The notes below the pieces were generated by a model. That model was not told where the DNA came from and made no database searches. It saw only the letters and a list, made by a program, of their open reading frames with translations. Made by a program: the position numbers and the translations under genes. From a virus (taxonomy: Duplodnaviria > Heunggongvirae > Uroviricota > Caudoviricetes), in IMG/VR virus record IMGVR_UViG_3300028887_000068, positions 64,001-128,000 of that record: DNA of 64,000 nt; one strand, given 5' to 3'. Shown here piece by piece: positions 48,001 to 56,462 of this stretch; positions within the stretch are counted from its first letter, which is position 1; each line of letters opens with the position of its first letter.

Positions 48001-50542
48001 GGCAATGCTCTCTGCACTGTTCGTTAAGCTCTTTGGCCCAGGCAGCGATGGTTCTCCGTTGACAGCCGAACAGAAAAAGGCTGAATTCAGCGATAGCGTT
48101 AGAGCTTTTGTCTTTGGCTTCTTTGAAATATTGGTTGATTTCGCCATCTATGGTGTCCTTACTGTTATCTTCCCCGGTTTCGGTTGGATTATCGGTCTTG
48201 TCTTTGATATCTTTATTTCGATGCTCGGATTCCCGACTGCGTCTGAAATGTTTATCAAACAGCTCAATGACCGTACTGGTATCATCGACTGGTTTGCTAA
48301 CCATCTTACCAATTTCCTCTGCAACAACTTCAAGTCATTCAGAGATGACCCGCAGTCTAACGCTGACCTCCAGTCTGTCGTTAAGGCTGAACAGAAGGCT
48401 CTCATAGCTAATCCTGAAGTATTGTATGCAGCTGACCTTAAGGAATTCAAGGAAAGCGAACTCTCTAGGGTTGAGAAGATTGAGTTCGAACAGCGTGTTA
48501 AAGAACGCTATGACGACATGTACAAGACTGAAGTCTCTAAGCGCAGACAAATGTCTCAGAATGACCTTGACAAGCTCCGTGTTGACGCTAGAGCTTCTGT
48601 GCTCAAGGAATATGCGGAAGAAAGAGCAAAGAAGAATCTCAAGATCCGTGCTAGCGATACTCCTCTCAACAGCGGTGCAACGCTCCTTAGAACAAGAAAG
48701 GACTTTGAACCTCTCGAAAGCGGAAAGTATCCGGGAATCAACTTCGAGAAGAAGTATATCGATATCCTTAACTCGGCTGTCGAGATCCTCTCTCACCTTG
48801 ACTTCCTTGCAAAAGAAAACGAATTCGACATTAGTGAACACGTTACGATACTGCAAACTGGTTTCCGTTGCAGTCTGGGTACAGACTTTGTGAAGGAAGC
48901 TGATGGTGATATGCCGAACGATGCTCTCAGAGCTTCTCCGGACTACTGGAGATATAAGATTGCTCAAAAGATGCAGGATAGGATAATCCAACTTGAGGAG
49001 GAAGATAGCTCGTTTGCTGGTCTTCAGCCGTTCGTTAAGATGTCTCATCTTGTGTTTGAAGCTATCGGTGCTCCGACTCTGAAGATTCTTGCTGAGAAGA
49101 GAAGATATGAAGCTTCTACGCTCGGTGAGTTCAATGCGGCAGTAACATCTGCATTGCAGCTTGAATATGGCACTGACATGTACAAGGGTGCTATAATGTT
49201 CTTCGCTAAGGTTGCCTTCTGGGTATTCTTCAAGCAGACTCGATTCCTGAGCTACAGTGATATTGAGAAACGCTTTAGAGAAGCCAATACCTTCGGTAAC
49301 AAGTCTGAAGAAGATAAGGCAGTACAGACTGAACGTATCGAAAGAAAGAAGGACAGACTCCAGAAGCTTAACGCCAAGCTTGCAGAAATGCGCGGCGCTG
49401 AGTATAGCGTGATGGCAGGAAAGTGGCTCGACAGATTCGGAAACGAGTCTGAAGATCCTACTAACCCGAACTCCGTTAGAAATCAGGGTCGCACGGCTTA
49501 TGCCTTCAATGCCTTTGGCGGTTACACTGGTCAAGGCAGAGAACTCGATACTACGGTCAGCGCAGGTGATGAAGCCATCAGGAAGTACTTCTCTGGCAAT
49601 GTTCAGGGATTGTACAAGCTTGATCCTGAATTCAAGACAAGACTCCTTGCAGCTGGTAAGGAATACTACGACAGATTCAACGAGAAGCTCCGTGTTACAG
49701 CTTCCTTTAGATCTCACGATGAACAAGCTAATGAATTCGGAAAGTACTTGAGAAACAAGTTCAACATTCCGGGTGAAAAGGCTGACAACGGTGCAGCAGG
49801 CATTGGCAGATCTAACCATGAATACGGTACTGCTGTTGACATCGATACGAAGCAGCTTGATAGGCTCTTTGGTACTTCTGGTGAAGAAGGAAAGATCGGT
49901 GCAAGAGGTTCCATTGCTGAAAAGTATGGTCTCATCCGTCCGCACATCGCTAAGGGAAGATCTGGTAAGCTCATTGAAACGTGGCACATGGAAGCAGCTG
50001 GTGTCAACGGTAATGCTGGCAAGTCTCCCAAGGCTTTGTATGAAAGCGAAATCCGTCCGGCATGGGTTAATCTCAGAGAGCAGCTCAACAGAGACCTTGC
50101 AAGAGATACGGCACATCCGGGAAGACACATTGATGACGGCATGTTTGTCTACAACAATGGACGCAACAAGAATGACATCAAGGTAACTACGGCTCCGATT
50201 GGCGGTGGTGTCGCTGACATGATCGCTAAGAATGAATCTTGGGCTGAAAGAGGTAAGATCGATACCACGCCTATGGAATCTCCTTCTCCGGTTGGTGGTT
50301 CTTCTAGTGCTTGGGGTCAGTCTACAGCTCCTACGACTTCTACGGCTCCGAAGACAACGGCTCCGTCTGGTGGCAGTGCTCCTGCTTCTCCTGCTGTGAC
50401 AGTTGACCCTGTTGTAGCAAGCGCAGTGGACAACCTTAGTGCAGCTCTGTCCAGTAACCAAGCTCTGTTCCCTGACCAACAGCTCAGTAGAGCAGGTATG
50501 GTATCCGAGCAGTCTGGATATGCTCCTATGGTGTTCAGATAA
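42017..50542 (+). CDS. Giant tape-measure-like virion protein (2841 aa) with C-terminal M15B/VanY-type peptidoglycan peptidase
   Basis: AGGAG SD; coiled-coil regions and Gly-rich hydrophobic repeats; lambda-H-like motif [26 protein letters not shown]; C-terminal [10 protein letters not shown]...[13 protein letters not shown]...ETWHME. Confidence 0.8.
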   Translation: [2841 protein letters not shown]

Positions 50543-50548
50543 AATTAA

Positions 50549-50582
50549 GATCTATAGCATGATTGTGCTATAGATCTTTTTA
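50549..50582 (+). terminator. Intrinsic terminator
   Basis: AGATCTATAGCA/TGCTATAGATCT followed by a T run. Confidence 0.7.
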
Positions 50583-50638
50583 TAGAAAAAAAATGAGACT
50601 GTCCGTAGACAGTCTCTAACAAAGAGGTTCAGTATCTC

Positions 50639-50992
50639 TTACTTAGCTGCTTCAGCCGGAGCAGCAGTGTCCGTCGGAGCGGCATCAGCTGCAACAGCAG
50701 CAGCCTGAGACGGATTCAAGGCTTCCTTCAAAGCCTTAGCAGACGTAAACGTTGCGACCTTCATTTCAGGAATCGTGAGCTTTTCCTGGGTCTTCGGATT
50801 GATGCCCGGATGAGCCGGACGTACGGATGTCTTAAGGGTACCAAGACCGTTGATGCGAACTTCGTTACCAGCCTTGAGAGATTCCGTGATATTGTCCACA
50901 ACGGACTTCACTACGGCTTCTGCAGCGTTGATGGTGATCTTGTTAGCTTCGGCGACGGCCTTTGCGATGTTGGTACTTGTGACGAGTGCCAT
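50639..50992 (-). CDS. hup: HU-family histone-like DNA-binding protein
   Basis: ITESLKAGNEVRINGLGTL...RPAHPGINPKTQEKLTIP...FTSAKALKEALN. Confidence 0.92.
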   Translation of the reverse strand: MALVTSTNIAKAVAEANKITINAAEAVVKSVVDNITESLKAGNEVRINGLGTLKTSVRPAHPGINPKTQEKLTIPEMKVATFTSAKALKEALNPSQAAAVAADAAPTDTAAPAEAAK

Positions 50993-51154
50993 AATTTATC
51001 CTTTGGTTAGTGAAGCTGAATTGCTTCGACTTTCATTTTATATGTTAAGAAGATTCCTCCATTTTTATCTGGAGCATCTTCCGTCCTCACTATTTAGTTC
51101 TAAATTGCCACTCGATTTTGCACCTTAACTTTTCAATGAAAGGAGCTTGAAAAT

Positions 51155-51877
51155 ATGAAGTTCGAAGTCGAGAAGGAAATTGACGAGATTTTGAATAGGG
51201 ATTACAGCGCACAAGAAGCTGTAATCTTTAGAGGTATCGCTCATGATGACGGTTTGGATGAAACCTTATACGCAGAAGGTGATGCTGCGGGTGGTGCTCC
51301 AGCAGCTCCGGCTGCACCTGCTGCTCCTATGGGCGGTGCTTCGAATACAAGTACTACCACTAAAACCGAAACCAAGATTAATGTAAATGGGCCGGGCGGC
51401 AATCAGAATGATGACATGGGCTTAGGTGATCTTGGTGATATGGGCGACATGGGAGATATGGGCGGCTTTGGTGGAATGGGTGGTGACAATCAGCAAGGTG
51501 GTAATGCCTTCGGTCAACCCGAAACTGATGTAGACCCTCTTCCGGGTGAAGATTCTGAAGATATTACCAAGAAGCTTGTGGTATTCCGCCAGTATAGAAG
51601 ACTTAAGGATATTCTCGGTAAGCTCTCCGACACTATCGAAGACGCTAATAAGAGAATCCAGTCTATCGAAAGCCGTAACATTCTTTCCAAGGTTGACAGC
51701 GAAATCACTACTACGCTTGACCAGATTGACTTTATTCTAGCCGAAGATTTCCGCAAGAAAGAAATCAAGGATTCCGAAGAAGAGTATAAGTCTATGGAAA
51801 GTAAGGCGAAGCTCTTAGCACAAACTATTGAACGAGTAGTCAATCACGCTGCTCACAAAGAGGCTAAAAATGATTGA
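51155..51877 (+). CDS. Hypothetical virion protein with Gly/Met/Asp low-complexity linker
   Basis: AAGGAG SD; AACT-N6-TG at 51127-51139; MGD repeats. Confidence 0.75.
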   Translation: MKFEVEKEIDEILNRDYSAQEAVIFRGIAHDDGLDETLYAEGDAAGGAPAAPAAPAAPMGGASNTSTTTKTETKINVNGPGGNQNDDMGLGDLGDMGDMGDMGGFGGMGGDNQQGGNAFGQPETDVDPLPGEDSEDITKKLVVFRQYRRLKDILGKLSDTIEDANKRIQSIESRNILSKVDSEITTTLDQIDFILAEDFRKKEIKDSEEEYKSMESKAKLLAQTIERVVNHAAHKEAKND

Positions 51878-52775
51878 TAGTATGTTCGATAATCTTCACG
51901 GTGTTGTCGAGTGTTACGAGAATGGCGTGAAGAAATGGGAAAGAAATAATAAAATTACTACGCTTGGTCGTGTAGCACTCCTGTCAGCAATGGCAAGAAC
52001 AGAATTCTTCTGGAGTCCTGAAGGATCTAGAGATCTCTGGTTGAATAAGACCAAGTGGGCTTTCGATGTAGAGAACTCTTTTATCTCTATGTTTGCTGTC
52101 GGCTTTGGCGGTCAGACTAACGACAATGGTCTTCCTGCTCCTGCAAGATTCGATGATAGAACGCTCACGCAGATCGTTCCTATCCTTGATAAAAGTGCCA
52201 TTGACTCTGGTTCTACGGTCTATGAAGCCAGTAACTTTGTGGATATCTATGGCAAATGGCTCGATGGCGAAGATCACTACGTCGATACAGATGACTTAAT
52301 CAGAAACAAGGAATACAAGATTCAAGCTGACCAAGCTGAAAACACTATTCCTTCTACGAAAGATTATCTGTACTTCAAGAAGACCATTAAGGAATCTGAA
52401 CCCACAGCATTCTCATTCTCTAACCCGAGTACCTCTGCTAGATATAAGACAGGAAGTGAAATTGGTATCAAGTGTGCCATTGCAAGATTCCGTCTTGATG
52501 TGGTTGGCGGTGAACTCTTGACTATTGGCGGACAGAACTCTTCTGTAGCTATCAATGAACTTTCTCTTTATATCGGCGCAAGACATGCTGCAACAGACGG
52601 CAGACAGAGACTATTTTCCTATGCTCCGGGTGTGCCGACAGAGGAAAATGATTCTCCGTTAGCTGATTCTTCGAAGATTACTCTTCCGATTCAGTTCTCT
52701 AGAGTTACCTTCCCTACAGAAGTCTTTGATAGCAATGAAAAGAACATTTCATTCATCTACAACATTTTTGCATAG
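51870..52775 (+). CDS. Putative tail/baseplate structural protein
   Basis: N-terminal NKITTLGRVALL, beta-rich; similar pattern to the downstream gene. Confidence 0.55.
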   Translation: MIDSMFDNLHGVVECYENGVKKWERNNKITTLGRVALLSAMARTEFFWSPEGSRDLWLNKTKWAFDVENSFISMFAVGFGGQTNDNGLPAPARFDDRTLTQIVPILDKSAIDSGSTVYEASNFVDIYGKWLDGEDHYVDTDDLIRNKEYKIQADQAENTIPSTKDYLYFKKTIKESEPTAFSFSNPSTSARYKTGSEIGIKCAIARFRLDVVGGELLTIGGQNSSVAINELSLYIGARHAATDGRQRLFSYAPGVPTEENDSPLADSSKITLPIQFSRVTFPTEVFDSNEKNISFIYNIFA

Positions 52776-52784
52776 GATTTTACC

Positions 52785-53411
52785 ATGAAAGATAGTAACA
52801 TGATTCGAGGTGTGGTAAGCGCTCGTGATTCTAAGACAGGCAAAGTATTCTTCGAAAATCTCCATAACACTGTCGTGGTGGGTGGATGCTTGTTCTCTCT
52901 TGCCAAGCTTATTGGTGTAACAGACCATACAGAAATCTACAATGGAGACATCGTAGAAGGCTTCCTTGATGGCACAACTATTTCTCACTATAACTTTGTG
53001 TCTTCTCCTAATCCGGCTCCTAACCCAGAAAAGGTTGACAAAACTGAAGAAGCTGGTGATGGTTGGCTATTTCCGAGTCCTCTGCCTTTGGTCGATGCTG
53101 AGAAAGACCGCACTGGATTCTTCAATGGAAACGAATCCTATAAAGTAGCCGACATTCCGGAAGACGCTGGTGCCGCGAAGATTCTTTATCTTCCGAGAGA
53201 TGGAGCAAATCTTACATTCATCCGCTTCAAGCTTCCTTTGACGAACGGAGAAATAAGTCCATCAGATCCGTCTATTGTGACTTACGTCAAGTCTATCGGA
53301 CTGTTCATTAAGAAGAACGACAATCTTCTGTTGTTCTCTAAGCTGAACTTCCCTGCTATTCCGTTCTTCGGTAATCTCTCCGTTGACTTTGAATACAGAC
53401 TTTATCTTTAG
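52785..53411 (+). CDS. Putative tail/baseplate structural protein
   Basis: HNTVVVGG..SLAKL N-terminus; C-terminal IGLF...LLLFSKLNFP...FEYRLYL resembles tail-fibre/collar N-terminal modules. Confidence 0.55.
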   Translation: MKDSNMIRGVVSARDSKTGKVFFENLHNTVVVGGCLFSLAKLIGVTDHTEIYNGDIVEGFLDGTTISHYNFVSSPNPAPNPEKVDKTEEAGDGWLFPSPLPLVDAEKDRTGFFNGNESYKVADIPEDAGAAKILYLPRDGANLTFIRFKLPLTNGEISPSDPSIVTYVKSIGLFIKKNDNLLLFSKLNFPAIPFFGNLSVDFEYRLYL

Positions 53412-53417
53412 CCATAT

Positions 53418-53450
53418 ATCCATAGATCGAAAGGTCTATGGATCTTTTTA
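53418..53450 (+). terminator. Intrinsic terminator
   Basis: ATCCATAGATC-GAAA-GGTCTATGGAT followed by a T run. Confidence 0.7.
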
Positions 53451-53476
53451 TGGGAAACTAAGAATTGAGGTAATGT

Positions 53477-54706
53477 ATGCCAGCAGAAACTAGAAAACCC
53501 CGTAAGACACTTAATGAAAAGCAGGTAGAATACCTGTATAACACCAAGTTTGATTCTATCACTAAGCAGTGGCTTAGGGATACATTTGCTATCACTGACA
53601 AGGGTCAGTTCATGCCGTGGGATGGCGAGTTCGTACTGGATCCCTCTAGGCTTCAGGGTGTACAGCTTCCTAAGATGCCAGCCGGAAAGTTTAAGACTAC
53701 TTCCGGAAGATACATCTTCAATCTGTTCCTCTTCGGTAATTCCAACTATGCCAACCTTTTCTCATACTTTAATGAACCGGTAGATTCTGATAAGCTGATG
53801 GGTATCCAGAACACGTTCCTTAAAGGTGTGTTAGAGAAAGTTATCAAGCCTGAAGATTACGTGGAATTCCTCAATAGAGAAGTATGGCTGTCTTTCTCTG
53901 TTATACCGTTCGCTCTGTCTGGTCTTAATACTGGTATCTTCAATGAGTCCAAGGAGCTTCTGAGAACAAAAAACGCTCTTCTTAAGGAGAATAAAGAGAA
54001 GCTCGATAATCTTGATCTTACTGCTTGTTCTGCCATTGATAAGAAGTGCAATGAAGTCTTCATGAAGGAGAACGAGAACAATACTGCTATCGACTTCGTG
54101 AAAGCTGGTACGGCTAAGAAATTCGTTGGTGTTACTACCGTGATGCGTGGTCTTGTGCCTGACTCTACTGGTGATGGTCTTAGGTTCATTTCCAGCTCTC
54201 TTCAAGGTGGTATCAAGCCTGATGAAGTATGTGCCTATGCTGATACTGGTATCCTCGGTGCTAAGTCTCGTGGTCTTGAAACCCGTAACGGTGGTTATCT
54301 TACTAAGAAATTCAATGCAGCTTTCTCTCATCTTGTGCTTGATGAACCAGGTTCTGATTGTAAGACTAAGTATAAGCTGAAGATTACCATCACTAAAGAT
54401 GCAATGAAGGACTACTACTTGAGATATGCTACGTATCAGGGTAAAGAGTACATTCTCGATACTGAAAACATCAATAAACTGATGGGCAAAGAAGTCTACA
54501 TTCGTTCTCCGATGTACTGTATGGGTGACAAAATCTGTAACAAGTGTGCCGGAGACTTGTACTATCGAATGGACAATCGTTATATGGGCCTAGCAGTGGC
54601 TCGTATCGGTAGTAACCTCCTTAATGCTTCTCTTAAGAAATTCCATGATTCTACCATTAAGATCACGGAAATCGATATTGAGAAGTATGCTCGTAAACTT
54701 GAGTAA
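53477..54706 (+). CDS. Phage RNA polymerase beta' subunit, C-terminal piece (probably virion RNAP)
   Basis: GGYLTKKF...SDCKT...IRSPMYC...ICNKCAG...SLKKFH zinc-binding/trigger-loop region; preceded by the late-type promoter motif. Confidence 0.88.
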   Translation: MPAETRKPRKTLNEKQVEYLYNTKFDSITKQWLRDTFAITDKGQFMPWDGEFVLDPSRLQGVQLPKMPAGKFKTTSGRYIFNLFLFGNSNYANLFSYFNEPVDSDKLMGIQNTFLKGVLEKVIKPEDYVEFLNREVWLSFSVIPFALSGLNTGIFNESKELLRTKNALLKENKEKLDNLDLTACSAIDKKCNEVFMKENENNTAIDFVKAGTAKKFVGVTTVMRGLVPDSTGDGLRFISSSLQGGIKPDEVCAYADTGILGAKSRGLETRNGGYLTKKFNAAFSHLVLDEPGSDCKTKYKLKITITKDAMKDYYLRYATYQGKEYILDTENINKLMGKEVYIRSPMYCMGDKICNKCAGDLYYRMDNRYMGLAVARIGSNLLNASLKKFHDSTIKITEIDIEKYARKLE

Positions 54707-54715
54707 CTTATGAAT

Positions 54716-54880
54716 GAGAAAATCCCACGGGGCGTTTCGATACCATGAGTTGCGGGTACGAGCCTCGTTCAGTCCTGTGCGGTAAACGACGTCTGCCTTT
54801 GTTCACTTGTTCTATAAAGGCCTTCCAACAGGACTGAAAACATTAAGAGTCATGACCTAGTGTCATGGCTCTTATTTTTC
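54716..54880 (+). ncRNA. Candidate small structured RNA with its own promoter and terminator
   Basis: AACT-TATGA-ATGA at 54705-54717; hairpin GGGGC/GCCTC; 11-bp TTCAGTCCTGT/ACAGGACTGAA closing a junction; terminator at 54847-54880. Confidence 0.55.
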
Positions 54881-54983
54881 TCTTTTATTTTTTTTATTTT
54901 ATTAACGCAGAAAAATAAAATTTTGTATTCTTTCAATACTTCGAACTAAAGAATGAAATCTAACATTCATTGGAGATTATACA

Positions 54984-56462
54984 ATGGCAGAAGAACCAAA
55001 AACCAAAAAGATCGTTATCAATCGCCGTAAGGACTCTATGGATACGGCTGAACCTGTATTGCAGGTAGAAAAACCTATTACTCCTGAAGAAACTGCTCAG
55101 ACACCAACACCTGCTGCTCAAGCTCCCTTACAGCCTGAAGATGACGGTCTTCCTGTCCTTCCGTCTTTCATGCAGGGTGCTACATTGAAACCTGCTACTA
55201 AGGAAGAAATCGAAGCTCAGAAGAAGCCAGAAGCTATTCACGTATCTTTCGGTACTACTCAGAAGGCCAATGGTATTGCTCACTCCATCGCAGGAGAAAA
55301 TACCGTACAGTCCAAGAAGCTTACTGAAAGCAAGTTCTTCTCTGAAGGTCATAAGGAAAGTGTCGAACACCGCAATGACATGATCGAAAACTTCCAGAGC
55401 GATGACTCTGTGAACCTTATTACGGATAATGAAGAATTCGAAAAGCTCATCCGTGGCGAAGATGGCGTGAGCATCCTTGACGATGATGACGAAAACTACG
55501 CACAGTCTTGCTGCCGTAATGTCATTAGCTCTATCGCTACTTACTACAGCGTTGTGCTTCTCCACTCTGGTTTCAAGGTCAGCTTTACTGGTCTTCGCTA
55601 TCTTACGAAGTCCCGTTTGGTCAACCTTCCGGAAGATACTTACAATAACCGTCTTCGTTTCTACAAGACGCTTTATGATCAGGTTGAAGAAATCTCTGGC
55701 TTCAAGCGTAAGCCGAACTTCGAAAAGTGGAGCAAGATTACTTCCTTCTTGGATACCGAACCTATCCTCTTCGGTATCTATGCTGCAACGTTCCCGACTG
55801 ACCAGAAGTTCAATGTGACTTGCCCGCATTGCGGATCTAACCTTGAAGTCTTGGCTAATCCGGAAAACCTTATCTCCGTCTATAATGACGAAGCTTACAA
55901 GCAGGTTCATGATATCATCAACAAGACTCCGAACGGCGAAGATATCATCCGTATCTCCCCGATGTCTAAGCGTTTCAAGCTTCCGGTAAAGAATCAGAAG
56001 ATTCTTATCTACATCAAGGAACCGTCTATCGCAGACTTCTTGGACATGCTCTCCGAAGTTGCATCTGACAGATCTATCTATGACAAGTATGAAAACTCCT
56101 TCGAAAGAACGATGTATGTCGATTACGTACTCGTTCCGGATATCGCCTACTACAAGCGTAGCAATAAGGTACGCTTCGTTAAGGTGAAGAACAAGGTTCA
56201 GATTGCTGAAATTATCTCTAACCTTGACTCCAATGCTGGTGGCAAGTTTGATGAAATTCTCAACAAGATGAATGACAAGTACGACGTCAAGTTCCAGATT
56301 CCTGAAACGGTTTGCCACGGTTTGATGAAGGACGAGGAAGGTAAGCTCACGGGTGAAGAATGTGGCCATCACATTGCAGCAGTACCCGTTGATCTAGAAA
56401 AACTCTTGTTTCGGGCCATCAGACGAGGGGACGGACAAGAAGCAGAAGTCCTCGAAGCCTAA
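54984..56462 (+). CDS. Baseplate hub/tail assembly chaperone-like protein (T4 gp26-like)
   Basis: IYAATFP...FNVTCPHCG...IKEPSIADF...YDVKFQIPETVC...ECGH..AAVPVDLEKLLF. Confidence 0.6.
   Translation: MAEEPKTKKIVINRRKDSMDTAEPVLQVEKPITPEETAQTPTPAAQAPLQPEDDGLPVLPSFMQGATLKPATKEEIEAQKKPEAIHVSFGTTQKANGIAHSIAGENTVQSKKLTESKFFSEGHKESVEHRNDMIENFQSDDSVNLITDNEEFEKLIRGEDGVSILDDDDENYAQSCCRNVISSIATYYSVVLLHSGFKVSFTGLRYLTKSRLVNLPEDTYNNRLRFYKTLYDQVEEISGFKRKPNFEKWSKITSFLDTEPILFGIYAATFPTDQKFNVTCPHCGSNLEVLANPENLISVYNDEAYKQVHDIINKTPNGEDIIRISPMSKRFKLPVKNQKILIYIKEPSIADFLDMLSEVASDRSIYDKYENSFERTMYVDYVLVPDIAYYKRSNKVRFVKVKNKVQIAEIISNLDSNAGGKFDEILNKMNDKYDVKFQIPETVCHGLMKDEEGKLTGEECGHHIAAVPVDLEKLLFRAIRRGDGQEAEVLEA

Noticed and set aside
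48335-50479. 714-aa antisense ORF, and other long antisense ORFs (43751-45145, 45704-46630, 47192-48304, 30055-31587, 55128-56372, 34294-35310)
   Set aside because: They lie exactly opposite well-supported genes, lack SD sites or motifs, and are expected from the strong sense-strand codon bias.
50639-50992. Host assignment from HU, endolysin or codon usage
   Set aside because: Cannot be supported without a database search.
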